Assembly (NCBI GenBank): GCA_964019335.1
Contig: OZ025745.1
Span: 248,001 to 312,000 of the forward strand
Length of the DNA stretch: 64,000 nt
Direction of reading: 5' to 3'
DNA from: Diplonema japonicum
Lineage: Eukaryota > Protista > Euglenozoa: Diplonemea
Under the pieces are notes generated by a model. It saw only the letters and a list, made by a program, of their open reading frames with translations. It did no database searches and was not told the origin of the DNA. How positions within the stretch are numbered: the stretch's first letter is position 1; every line of letters starts with the position of its first letter. A program made the position numbers and the translations under genes. Shown here in pieces: positions 10,724-23,444 of this stretch.

Positions 10724-11676
10724 CCCCTAAAGGCCCGGAGCCTATCTACGGTACCCCCCCCATTTTCGTTGTTGCTTTAAATACTCAAAAAAAGGGCAGC
10801 ATGCAACCATAGGAAGGTGCAAGGAAAGGGTAAACGGTACTAAAATTTTCAATTCCAGGTGCCAGATTCAGATGAGAACACTTAACTATGTGTGTAAGAG
10901 GGGGATTGGTGTACTTTTTATGTCCGATTTTGGGGGGTCTTGTCGTGGGGGGTCCGTGGAGTTATGGCTGGGCTAAAAAGGGTAGCATTCAGCCCTATTT
11001 GGTGCCCTGAACTCTAGGATTGAGGTCAGTCTGGAGACCTTTTGGGGCTGTGGGATGAAAAAAGCAACTTGTGAGTTTTCTTTCCAGCTGGGGTAGCATG
11101 CAAGGGTAAAAAACACGTTTTGCATAAGGGTGTTTTGCAACAGGGGCACCACGTTTGCACCTTCTTCCCGCACCCAGGAACAGCACAGAGCACCCTCCTC
11201 ACCTTCGTTCCGTCTTGAATCGAAACGACCGTTCGTGGAAGAAACTATGAGCTCAAGTACCGCGTGTGCAAAAAAAAAGATTAAAAACACCCTCCTCATT
11301 GGCCGCTTCACCTAGAGGTGTCCTAAGCCCACCTTTTCACGGAAATGATATGTTTTGGGCCTTTGGGAGTATTTCTCCCACCCAAGCATCGTTTCCGGCC
11401 CCTCTTTGACCGCCTCATCGTCTTTTTCTTCTTTTTCTGACCAGTCGGGGGAGACTCACGTTTTCGCTGCTATTTTGACCATCTGATTTCATTTTAAGCC
11501 AACCCTGCCGGTTTCAATTAAAACAAAACTTTTAACGCAAAATGTAGTTCCAAGACAAAATAAACCGCGCAACAATGCCATATTTTGAAGTCCAGGGGCC
11601 GTGTTCAAAAAAAAGTACTTAGCGAAAAAGCAAATTTTGAAATAAGGACAAAAATGTCCGCGCGGGCCTTTAGGGG
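10724..11676. mobile_element. Non-autonomous piggyBac-like DNA transposon (MITE), 953 bp
   Basis: Perfect 14-bp terminal inverted repeats CCCCTAAAGGCCCG / CGGGCCTTTAGGGG, each flanked by TTAA (10720-10723, 11677-11680). Interior lacks the host's long homopolymers; no transposase ORF. Confidence 0.85.
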
Positions 11677-11682
11677 TTAAAG

Positions 11683-11720
<38 letters not shown>

Positions 11721-12067
11721 CATTTTTTTTTTATTCACAACGAATAATGAAAAGAAAAAAAGGAATTTCATTAGAGCGTGGATAAGGTTTTTTTTTTTCT
11801 TTTTTTTTTTCTTTTTTTTTTTTTTCCCATAGTGGGAAATAAAAACTAGGGTGCAGTCAATGAAGAAAAGTCGAGAGAGTGAAAAAAAAAAAAAAAAAAA
11901 AAATTAATGGGGAAAAAAGAAAGTCCCCAGAGGGGCCTCCGAGCGATGTTTTTTTTTTCTTCTTCTTCTTTTTTTTTTTCTTCTTTCTTTTTTTTTTCTT
12001 CTTTTCTTTTTAGAGAGTTGAAGCGACTAAATTTGTAGGTCATAACAAATAAAAATAAAATAAAAAA

Positions 12068-12262
12068 TAATGGGGCTGATTGCAACACTAATTGGCGTTA
12101 AGTGTGCAACGAAGATAATAAGCTATCTACTTGATTACAGGGGGCGCACCTCGGCCGAGCTGTAGCTTCTTCTGCGTTCTGTGTCGTGTCTTTAATGCGT
12201 GCGGTGTATAACTCAACCTCCCGGGTAACCAAGATTCTGCACTCATGCATTTGGTGACCGAC
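12068..12262. repeat. Dispersed repeat family member
   Basis: Matches 484-610; its 5' part (AATGGGGCT..GATTGC..CGTTAAG(T/C)GTGCAACG) matches 48188-48247. Confidence 0.75.
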
Positions 12263-13056
12263 CTATAAAAATAAAAAAAATTAAAAAAATGCATTTTTAT
12301 TTTTTAAAACTTTTTGCGGGCACACCAGGAGTCTTCCCCCCCCCCCCCCCCCTTTTCCATCTCCTCGGTTGCCCGTGTGGGGGAAAAAAGAAAAAAAAAG
12401 TTTCAGTTTCTATTTCCCTTTATTGTCCTGGGCAAAGGGAGTCATGCGCAATATAGGGAAGGGGGTCCTCCCTATAGTGGGAATAACCAAGAGTCCATCA
12501 GAGTTGGACTTAGTAAAAAAAAAAAATCGAAATTCTTTTTTTTGCGGGGACGATGGCAATGTAGGCCTAAAATTCAAAAGATAGAAAAAGGTTTTTTAAA
12601 GTAGTCAACATGAAAAAAAAAAAGTAGTGTAAGGTTACCCCCCACAGTCCGTAAAAATGGTTGAAATTCTGATTAAAGATGTCTACATTGCACCCCCCCC
12701 ACCCCCTATCCATCCACTTCTTCCCTCGTTTCTTCTACTTCAACTCAGGGGAGCACCTTTCATTGAAAAAAGGGAACAAAAAATACAAAACAAAACAAAA
12801 ACTGGGAAAGTTTCTTTTTTTTTTTTCTCTCTCTCTCCTAAAAATACACAGGGCTGTATGCTGGCTCTATGTGATCGAAAGGGGAAAAAAAAAGAATTAA
12901 AAAAAAAAAAATAGCGCACCTCTCGGCCCTAAAAAGGGTGAAAAGGGGTTTGCAAAAGAGAGAAAAAAAAAAGAAGAAAAAAAAACAAGAAGTGATCCAT
13001 CAAGCTACTGTTGCTCAGCCTCTGGGATGGAAAGATTCAGATTCCGCTGTTTTTTT

Positions 13057-13088
<32 letters not shown>

Positions 13089-13286
13089 AATCGCCTCTCT
13101 TCACCCTTGTTTATGTTTAGATGTGGTAATGAATTTCGAAAGGAGGGAGGGTGGGGGGGGGGGGTGAGAAAAGAAAAAAATATCAAGAAGAAAAGAAAAA
13201 AAAGAGATATTTAAAAGAAGAGAAGAAGAATTGCCCTTGAATTTCGCACAGAAAAAGATGAACTCGCCCCGGGAAAATCAAAAACG

Positions 13287-13318
<32 letters not shown>

Positions 13319-13847
13319 AACCGAATAACTATTTTGCTCGGCACAAAAAAGAAAAGTAGCATTTTTACACCTTTTTGCAACACATGTAAAAATGTAACCC
13401 CCCCCCCAAAAAAAAGAAATAACGCCAAATGTGGACAATGTGGACCAAAACGCGCGTTACTTTTAGTCTTCAAGAATCTGAACAGTACTTGTTTGATACA
13501 AAAAAAAAATCAACAGCATGAAAGAATTCGGGTAAGCCAAGACTGAACGACAAAAAGATTTCCCCCCCCCCCTACCGGACGAGCTCATAAGAATAAAAAA
13601 CCATTTTCGCACTCTCATTTATTAGAAAAGAAAAAAAAAAGGTAGACAAGAATGCATCAGAAAAGATGTGGGTATAGAGTAACTTCCCCTCTTCTTTTTT
13701 TTTCTCCCCCCCCCACCGTTTCTTTCTCAATAAAAAAAAAAGGAGAGGGAACAAAAAAAAAAACCCCCATTCACCCACATGTACCCATTTTCTTTTTTTT
13801 TCCCCCTCTTTTTTTTTTTTTTTTTTTTTTTTCTTCTTTCAATGGGA

Positions 13848-15074
13848 TCAGTCTTTAGCTTTAGGTGTGCGAGTTTTTTCCCAATTTTTGATGTGAGCAT
13901 CAAGTTCCTGTTCAGACATGGCGTGTACGCCTTCGTTCTCATGTGCAACGGGAGTAGGAAGCGACGACACCTGAGACGTAGGCGAAGCACAAGCATGCGG
14001 AGGGGAAGTGATAGTTATGGGAGAGAGAAGTGCCCCAGTAGGCGACCCCTGCGCCGAGGGAGTAAGTGAAATGGCAGGTATGGCCCCAGATGACAACGCA
14101 AACCCCGATGCCATCGCAAGCATACGCGCCTTCTCCAAGGAGTCAAAGTCGTCCGTCGACGGCCGAGTAATAACCTGCGGGCTCCCCATCTGCCCACCCT
14201 GCGTGAAAATATTAATACTCCCATTCATATTCTCATAAGGAACCTGGTATCCGGGTGAAGACGGCGGTCCATCCCCCATTGGCGTCGCTACCAACGACGG
14301 CATCGATTCCTTCCTTAAATGCCGGTAGTCCTCGTTCGGTGGTGAACCCAACTGCGCAGCGTAGTAAGTTGGGCTGTCTGATGTTATAGGGCTAGCAAAA
14401 CCACGCCTTGCAGCCAAACCTTGGCGTGGGACATCGCTTCCTGCTAATGGGCTTGGCGGTACCATTCCAGGTACCGCAGCTGGTGTAGTTGGGGTAGGTG
14501 GTGCGGGTGACATTAATGGAGGCGGTGCGTCGCTGTTGGCAGGGGATGGGAGTTGTCCCATGAGGTGGTAGGGCATTCTTTGCTGTTGTTGTTGCATGTA
14601 TGCTTCATAGGCCGGGTTCGAGTACGGGAATTGAACCTGGATCTCTTTTCTATCTTTCTTCCGGTGCTGTAGTTCTGCCTTGAGCGCGCTTACCTCGGAG
14701 GATTCCTCTTCCGGTGTCAGGATCCCTTGCTGTTGTTGTTGTTGTTGTTGCTGGTGCAGGTGTTGTTGTTGTTGTAATTTGTCGTGTGCTGCTAAGACTG
14801 CCGCGGGGACTTTTTCTTTTTCAGCTTTTTTTTTATAGACGTGGAGCATATGGCACATTTCTCCTTTTTCGCAATGCCCGTGGAGGAAGTAACTGCATCG
14901 TGGGACGGGCATTGGTAGTTTCCACTTTGCTAGGCAAGCGCGGCATTGCAGGATCTTTGCGTGTCGTCGTGTTCTTACGTCATCCCAGCAGTTGTGCTGG
15001 CACGGCCTGACCATTTCAGGCGGGGCACGCCCGTTTCTGACCATTGTTTCCGGGCTTTTCGGTGCGGTTTGCGG

Positions 15075-15105
<31 letters not shown>

Positions 15106-15260
15106 GGTTGCTGGCCGTTCCCCGGTGCTGCTCCTATGTTTATGTTTCCGATCCCTTGCTGCCCGGACATGACCGGGATCACGATCGGCATCTTCAGCAC
15201 ATTGTTCAAAGCCGACTTCTGCGGCAACAACGGTACCACAGGTGGCGCAATAGTTGTCAT
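13848..15260 (-). CDS. CCCH zinc-finger, Gln/Pro-rich protein (putative RNA-binding)
   Basis: CSYFLHGHCEKGEMCHMLH CCCH finger, preceded by a PCQHNCWDDVR...CRACLAKWK Cys/His module; polyQ tracts; first ATG at 15260. Confidence 0.8.
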
Positions 15261-15552
15261 CACCACTTTCTACCTTTTTTTTTTTTTTTTTCTTCTTCTT
15301 CTCTCTGTGCCTTTTTTTTTTCTTTTTTTTTTCCTTCTAAATAGAAGATGTACAAGAGAGCAAATAAAGGTTACGGGGGAAAGGGGTGGGGGGGGGGGTT
15401 TTTTTTTTTTACTACACTTTTTTTTCCCGTAAAAAAAAGAATGATAAGGGGGGGAGGGAGAGACAAAAAGAAGAAGAGAAAAAAACGGGGGAAAGAGATC
15501 CCCCCCCTAACACCCACACATTAACATACATACAGACACACAAGCAATTTTC

Positions 15553-16505
15553 CTAATGAACTTTTTTCTTTTTCCCCCTCACTCTTTTGCTCCCTTGAGG
15601 ACGCGGCCTCTTGCTGTCACCCCCGTAAGGTGGCGGCGGGGCATATGCCCCCCTGCCGCTGGCATTCCCGCCAGTACCGGTTTCAAACGGGTGATAGTCC
15701 TGACCCCCTTCGTCGTGCTCATCCTCGTCTTCTGAAATCGGCCGTTTTCGATCCGGCTGTTCATTCGTTTGCGCCACCATCTGCTTTTTTCTTTTCTTTT
15801 TTTTTTCCCTGCTTCCATACCACGGCAACCGGTGTGTAGTCATCGTCACCATTTTCATCGTCTTTGATCTCCACCGCCTCTACTGGCAAGGCGACAGGGA
15901 TGTTAGCGGCGGCGGAGGGTTTTTTAACAACAACAGGCTTGGCCATAGGAAGCGACGTTAGTTTAGACACAACACCGGCATCGACAATAAGCGAGACGAT
16001 CTCGTCCCTCTCAATGCATCTCGAAATATCCACGTTGTTGTCGCGGGCAAGGGTCCGCAGCGCGTTGGTGGTGTATTTCCGCAGACGCTCTATGTCTTCA
16101 CGAGACGGGGGTGATTTCTTCTGCTTCTGTGGTGGGTCGACAGGCTCTGCGGTGGGCATGGCAGCGCTCAGGTTCGCCGTCAGCCTCTGTTCCAAATGCG
16201 AAATCCTTGTGTTGTTGTCCACTATCTTCAACTGGGCCTTTTTGCTAGTCGGGTTTTCAACCAAAGCCTTCATATGCCCTGCTCGCTTCGCTCTGCATTC
16301 CTCAAGCTCCCTGCGGATATTCTTAATTTCTTTCGTGTCGAATAACTGCGTCTTTGGACAGTCTGAAGAAAGATGTCCTCTTAGCCCGCATAGTGTGCAC
16401 CTCTCTGTGGCTGCTTGTGGCGGGGCATAGGTCATATTGGGATGCCTTTTATTCGTTTCCACTGGAAGTGCGGGTTGTTTTTGTTTCTGTAGTTGTTGTA
16501 GCGGC

Positions 16506-16536
<31 letters not shown>

Positions 16537-18679
16537 GCTGTTGTTTCTTCGGGGGTAGTTCTTGTTGTTTTTGCCTCGCGATGAGGGATACGTTTGTCTC
16601 CCAGAGCTTTTTGTTGGTTTCCTTCAAGGCTTCGAGCTGTGCTTCCATCTGTCTTTGTTTGTCTCGTTCTTTCTTCTCCGCTTCCTGCTTCGCCCGCAGC
16701 GCGTTGGCAGCGTTTGCTTCTCTCTCCCGAGTTCGCTTTTTCGACACTGTTTCATAGGGTTTCTCGGGGTCGCCTTCCTCCCACAGCCTCCCTGCCACCG
16801 GGACCAATGCGCTGTATTGAGTAACTCGCAATGGTGAGCCCTTTTGATTTAACGTGCAGTGCTGTTGTAGAAGCTCGAAGATTGGTTTGAGCTTCATGGG
16901 TTTGTTGACCTGTATCACAGCGGAATAGCAGGACATCACAGACGAGGGTGCTTGTTTAAGCCGGAAGTGGTCGACCCATAGTATATCGTTGGAATGACTC
17001 TCTGCTCCGAGACACGATTTGAGCATGTTGGAAATGGCCTCTTGCGTCCATTGCTGCGGCAAATTATCGATACGAATGCTCTTCTTGTAAAATCCCGCCG
17101 CGTCGCCCTTCGGGAAATTGTGGTTTCTCGCACAGTTTTCCACGAAGCAGTTCCCGTACACACAGTGGAAACGACACGGCATGCTGGAGTCCTTGTTTGG
17201 ACGGAAGAAAAGAGCGGGGTCTGAAGGTGGGTGAAGGACCTCTTCGCCTCGCTCGATGGTGGGATCTGTTCCGAGGGTGGTGTGGAGACCGCCGAGGGAA
17301 AGATTCCCCAAATCGTCATTCTGCTCTGCGAATGGGATAGCATCGAAGGTGTTCGTGCAGCCAACAATCTGCGCCGCTTCAACAGGCACCGCGGTTTCAA
17401 TTTCCGCAATGTTGTATTCATTGCCGTCGATTAGCCCCTTCCCACGGTGTACTTTAATGGATTGACATGTTGGTGCTTGCAAACCGCAGGCTCGTGATGC
17501 GAATCCTACAAATTGCTGGACGACCTCTCCTACCCATGCTACCGGTAGGGGGTACATTGTCACCACCTTTGTTTTTTCCACGTTCTGTGTTGATCGGGGG
17601 ACTACGCCTCGGCAGAAAACTCTTGTCCGGATGTCTTTCACCATTCCCCGGTACTGCCCGGCTGCGGAGTTGCTCGCAGACCTGCACCCCTTAACGACCT
17701 TCCAGTATTCGTTGTTATTCGGATCCGTGGGGTCTTTCTCTTCTGTTTTCTGTGCTGTTTCCGGGGCTGTTTTTTCCTTGTCCTGGCTTGTGTATACGTA
17801 CAGTTTGAACTCACAGGTTACCGGTTCCGATGCAGACGGCAGTACACCACATTCGTCCAACGCGAGCATTGCCTCCATCGATGCTTGTTTTGTCGCGTAT
17901 TCGGTGATGTAAATATTGTCACGTTTCCACGTTCCGATTAGTGGACCGTGGGATGCGAAGAGTGCTCTTGCGTCTTGGTAGGTATACGAGGCTGGGATGC
18001 CGGATATCCAAACGGTTTTGGTGTCGGTGGGGGGGTTCTCGCCTTCCTTTCTTTGTGGTTCCACAACGCTGACGGCGATGGAGTTCCCGCTGTTAACAAA
18101 GGCATCCTTCACCTCACCGAGGTTCTTTACAACCTTTCCGTTTACAGAGTGAACACGCATCCCTTCACGAATGCCTGATTTGTACGCAATCATGTTGTCC
18201 CATGTCTTTGAGACAGTGGTGCCATGGAAGTCCATTCCCAGCTTCTGACCAGTGTTCCTCGTCATGTGTATTGTCCGGCGTGGCTCCACAGGTGGGAGAG
18301 GGGGGTGTGGTTGTGGTTGTTGTTGTTGTTGTTGTTGTTGTGGTTGCTGTGGTTCGGAGAATTGAGGTTGCTGGGCATAAGCTTCTCTGCCATAGTACTG
18401 GCCTGGCTGTTGATGTTGATGTTGATGTTGATGTTGATGTTGATGTTGATGTTGATGTTGATGTTGATGTGGTGGCTGGTAGCTGTGTTGTTGTTGTTGG
18501 TACTGGTAGTCCCAGTTGTTTCTGGGTGGTGGTGGTGCGCCCCGTTTTCCTCTGTCACTGCCTTCTTTTCGATGCTCGTAGTGGTGCTGTTGGTGTGCGG
18601 TTTGCTGTGAGTAACCCCATTCCTCGTGATGGGTGGGTTGTTGCTGCTGTTCGCCATATGGGTTAGCATAGTGGGGTGG

Positions 18680-18711
<32 letters not shown>

Positions 18712-18838
18712 GCTGTTGCTGCTGCTGTTTGTATGATTCATATTGCATCAGATGGGGGTTGTGCTGCTCCTGTTGTTGTGGGTATGCATGTTGCTGTGGG
18801 TATCGCTGCAGGTACTCTTCTTGGTCTCCTGGATCCAT
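15553..18838 (-). CDS. Multidomain RNA-binding protein (Q/H-rich N-terminus, PDZ, RRM, CCCH, CCHC knuckle), 2 exons
   Basis: PDZ-like QKLGMDFHGTTV...GMRVHSVNG; RRM TVWISGIP; CRFHCVYGNCFVENCARNH; CTLCGLRGHLSSDCP. Intron 15781-15820 (GTATGG...GCAG) joins a terminal exon ending at TAG 15553. Confidence 0.82.
18409..18470 (-). repeat. (CATCAA)n coding microsatellite encoding an HQ dipeptide run
   Basis: Plus strand (TTGATG)n, about 10 units, inside the RNA-binding protein CDS. Confidence 0.9.
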
Positions 18839-20286
18839 TTTCTTTTTCTTTTTCCCCTTTCAAAAAAAAAAGTTTTTTTTTTTATGTAATTTTTTTTTTT
18901 TTCGTCTCTCCCCTTCCTTCCCCCTCCTTGTGGTATTGTCTCGCAAAAAAAAAAAAAAAAAAAGGGGGAAAAAAAAAAAGAAAAAAACAGGGATGAAACA
19001 GTGGGGAATTTTAAAAGAAAAAAAAAAAATCACGAGGGGACGGTGCATTTCCTCTTCTGGGAGCGGTATTCCGATACTGCGCCGGTAGATGGTAAGAGAA
19101 GAATAAAAAAAGATGGCTTGGTGTTCAGTTTGTAGCCGCCCTCTCTCTTTTTTTTTTTCTTTTTTTTTTTCGGAGGAAGAGAGGGAGAAAAGTCCAAGAA
19201 GAGTGGTGGTTCTCAAACAAAAGAAGCCTCTCCTCAAGTCAGAAAAAAAAAAAAAAAAAAAAAAAAAAAATAGCTAGCCAAGACCATAATAATTTAGAAA
19301 TAAATGAGTGTGTGAAAAGAGCAGGGGTCCTTTTAAGATGGCGAAGAAAGGAGGGAGTTCCCTCTTTACTTGCTTTTCAAGACCCTTCCCTTTTTCAGTT
19401 GCTTTTTTTTCTCCTTCTTTTTTCGTCTTAAGTTATTTGCCTGCACATAGCCAGACAACCAAAAAAAAAAACCCCCCCTCCCACCATTTTTTCTTTTTAA
19501 TTTACTTGTTTGAAACAAAAAAGAAGTCATGCAGCAGAATTGTATGCACAGCAATAATAAAAAAGTCCCACTTTTTTTTTTTTTTTTTTTTTCCTTCTTA
19601 GCAATACTAGTTCTCATCTCGGACCTCCCCTTTTTCTCTCTCTTTGCGGGGAGACAGAAAATAAAAGAGGAACTGGCCGTAGTTTGCACGTGGTAATGCC
19701 CCCTTTCGTTTAGACAAAGTCGAAAACTCATTCTTGCAAAAAAGAAAGAAACAATAAAAACTTAGTAAGGCAATGGGCACCTTTTATTTTCCTTCCCCCC
19801 CCCCTCTTTTTTGGAAAGAGGAGGTGGGGGGGAGCAAAACTCGTTTTTTTTTTTTTTTTTTTTTCTCTTTTCTGAGACGAGTAACCAGGCTGAAATTTCA
19901 AACAGAACAGGAGGCCTGAACAGGAAAAAAAAAAAAAAAAAAGAAGAAGCTACCTAGCTCGCAGCTCACCTCGAAGAAGAAGTAAACAAATTTAAAAAAA
20001 AAAAAAAAAACTCCCCTCCCCAAAAGAAATAGCCTGAATTTCTTTTTTTTTCGAAAAAAGAAAAAAGAAAAACTTGAAATAATAATGAAAAAGAAAAGGG
20101 CCCCGGACCTATATAAATAGGTTCCCCGTTCTTAAGGGTCTTGATACAACTTAATTATCTTTCCCTGGAGAAAAAAAAAAGAAAAAAAAGAAAAAAGGGA
20201 AAAAAAAGGGAGTGGGCATGCCGAATGAACACCCTTTTGACGCCAAAATCAAGGGGAGACATCCTTGCAACAAAATGCCAAACCCC

Positions 20287-20318
<32 letters not shown>

Positions 20319-20560
20319 TGTATCTCTTTTTTTTTTATTATTGAGGGGGAGGAAATCTCGACCTTGCAGTCAAAGAAACGAAGGGAGGGGGGGGGGGGAA
20401 TTCTGACAAGGTGCAAACAGGAAGATGAGAAAGGCTCCCCCCCCCTCCAAGTATAGACATGAATTGGTTTAAAAAAAAAATAGGTGAAAGACTTCAAAAG
20501 GGTACGAGCGACCTCCTCTTTTCTTTTCCCCCCCCAATTTTTTTTATTTTTTTTTATTTC

Positions 20561-21140
20561 ACTCTTCAGAAATTACTTCACGCACTGGGGGGCCCATTAC
20601 TTCACGCTAAATCTCATTACTTCACGGTGAAATAATGGCCTGTTTTCCGTGAAGTAATAGGGGGTTTCCGTTAAATAATATGCCTCGGTAGGCCAATTTT
20701 GCCTCGGTTCAGTTCCCAGTGGGGCTACTTTTTCCTCTCAGTTTGCTATTTCCCCCCAGGTTCAGCTCAATTGGCCAACTTTTGCCTCGGCTCAGTTCCA
20801 AGTTGGACTACTTTTTCCTCCCAATTTGCCCACTTTTGGCTGGGCCTTGTTCCCAGTTTCTGTGGGTAACTCTTCTGTGGGTAAGAGTAACTTAGTCAGC
20901 TTACCCAAGCACCCCAAAAGACTTCAAAATACCGAAGCAGCAGAAAAAAAGGAGCCAGCGGCCGCGCTAGGTATGGGAAGGCCTGATTAGAGATGGTGAC
21001 AGTGGCAATGCCAGCGACAGCGGCAGCTCTTAGTCAACAAAGGAGGAAAAACAACTTGTATTGTAACCTTTGTAACCCCTCTCTTGTTGTACCCCTTGTC
21101 ACCCCTCGTGGTGAAGTAATTTCAGAGTATCGTGAAATAA
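20561..21140. mobile_element. Putative MITE with imperfect TIRs and internal TTACTTCACG repeats
   Basis: Left ACTCTTCAGAAATTACTTCAC versus right GTGAAGTAATTTCAGAGT; three TTACTTCACG copies and repeated TTTGCCTCGG(T/C)TCAGTTCC inside; homopolymer-poor interior; related sequence at 5051-5320. Confidence 0.55.
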
Positions 21141-21289
21141 AACCACTTACCTACCGCCAAGTAATGCTTTACCGACCTCGAGGTAACGGTAAAGTCATTA
21201 CTTGTTGGCAGTAAATAGCTATTCCTTTGTAACAAAAAAAAAAAAAAGAAAAAAAAAAAGAAATCCTATCTTTCTTCTCTCTCACTCTT

Positions 21290-22896
21290 TCACGTTTGCA
21301 CACACTCCTCCTTTGGGGAAAATTTTTTTTTATATTTTTTTTTTCCCTCTCCCCAATACCTTTCCATGTGTCCCAACAGATGCCTCAATCGGGTCTATTT
21401 CAAGAATGGGGTGGCGAATTTCCTCAAAACGGCCGCCGTATGTAGGATTCACCTTTTTTTTTTTTTTTTTTTTTTTTTTTCCTTCCCCTTCCCCTGTTCA
21501 TACCTGTACAACTGTATGCAAGGGCATTGAAAGATTCGTGCAAACCTCAGGCCGTGACTCAACAATGTATGCATAGATGACACGCAACACAGCTTGATGG
21601 GAAATGATCAAAAGCGGCTTTTTAGACCTCTCCAGCTCCATGATCACCGGCTCCAGCCTCGCAACTAGGTCATGATAGGACTCCCCATGGGGGTATCGGT
21701 ACCAGTACTTGTCCTGTGCCCTCTTGTTGAACTCGTCGTTGGCGTTCTCCCTGATTTCTTCGTAAGTCCACCCATCATATATCCCAGCATCTATTTCCTC
21801 TAGTGCCCGCCAGTGGACGATGGGAAACTCACCTGGAAAAAAAAAGTTTTTTTTTTCTTTCCCCAAAACAAATACCTGAAACCGGGATAGCTGTCATCTT
21901 TGTTCTTTGCAGCGTGCTGCACCAGACCTCTAACCCTTCAGGTGCGTACTTTGACATGAAATTTTTAAGTTCTTGCGCGTATTGTTCACCTATTTTTTTT
22001 TTTTTTTTTTCTTTCCCCATATCAATACCAAACGGGGTCAGACCGGAGTCCCCGCCGATTTTCCCTTTCAAATTGAACTGGGACTGCCCGTGTCGCGACA
22101 GGAATATAGGTCTCATAGACAAGTTCACATTCATCAAGAAATTAGCCACTCTGCATGGGACGTATCCTCTGATTTTGTTGATTTCAAGGTCAGCTCCTCC
22201 ATCGCCCATTCTGATGTAAGGATAGTCCTCCTCAAGGGGCTCGTAAGCGTTTTTGTAATGTTGGAGCCGAGCGTCGAAAAGCGCCGAGGCTTCCGCGTGT
22301 TCCAGGGAGGAGAAAGAAGAAGAAGAGGTGAGCGTCATTTCTTTGTATTCTTTGAGTTTTAAGTCGTTTGTTTCACCCACCTCAAGGAACATGATCCTGT
22401 CGGGGTCGAGGACCTTCGACAATTCTTCAAATATCATTTTCCTTCGTTTCTCTTCTACGTTCTGCCCGTCGAGGATTCCAACTTTCCCGCCTTGTCTGAG
22501 CCAGGTCACCATGTCGGCCATAGCTTGCTTGACGACGTTTTCCCTCCGGCTGGAGGCATCTTCGTTTGAATGGTTGAAAAATTCTGTTTCTTGCCCGCCT
22601 TCTATCTCCCGTCGGTATCCATGGACTTGGAAGACGCACGCCTTTAACCCTAGCCAGCTTAAGAAGCGGACGATTCTCCGTGACACATAGCTTTTCCCCC
22701 TCCCGGGTAGGCCCACAGTCACGATAACGAGGGGGCGCCCCACGAACTCGTTTGTGGCCTCGTAGCCTGAGGTCACGACAGGGCCTATCTTCCCGTCCTG
22801 TGGGTTGTTCCCCTTGTTGTCATACTCCACCGATGATATCCTCTCTCCATAGGTAGTGGCATCGATGACTACACGTGTGCTTTCGTCTTTTGTCAT
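21290..22896 (-). CDS. PFKFB: 6-phosphofructo-2-kinase/fructose-2,6-bisphosphatase, 5 exons
   Basis: P-loop VGLPGRGKS; phosphatase motifs LSRHGQS, EIDAG, YRYPHGESY and ISHQAV. Introns 21990-22028, 21833-21875 and 21453-21503; a last intron and short exon ending TGA 21290 are tentative. Confidence 0.92.
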
Positions 22897-23075
22897 TTTT
22901 TTTTTTTTTTTTTAAAAATCCCACCGACCTTTTTTTTTTTTAATAACAATTTTTGTCAATTTGACAATATTTAAAACGGGGGGAATTTTTAAAAAGGGGG
23001 GAAAAAAAATGGACGTTGTCGGTAGAAAAAAGAAAAAAAGGGGGGGGTGGAGGGGGACCAGTTAAATATAATATG

Positions 23076-23108
<33 letters not shown>

Positions 23109-23298
23109 GCAAAACCCATGAGTCGCGAACAGGTTAGTGTTAATACAGAAAAGAGATTGCTTAAAGGCAAGAGGTCAAAAAAAAGGGGGGTAAGCTATGG
23201 GAAACCCAAAAAAAAAAGGCGATGTTTAAGGGCAAATCCCCAATATCAACTAAAAAAAAAAAAAAAAAAAAAAAGAGAAAAGAACACACTCCATCATC

Positions 23299-23338
<40 letters not shown>

Positions 23339-23444
23339 CGGAGCGGAAGGAACGCAAGTACAAGAAATTTCGTTTTTTTTTTTTGCTTTTTTTTTTTTTT
23401 TTTGAGAAATAAAAAAAAAAAAAAAAAAAAAAAAAAATGTCAAC

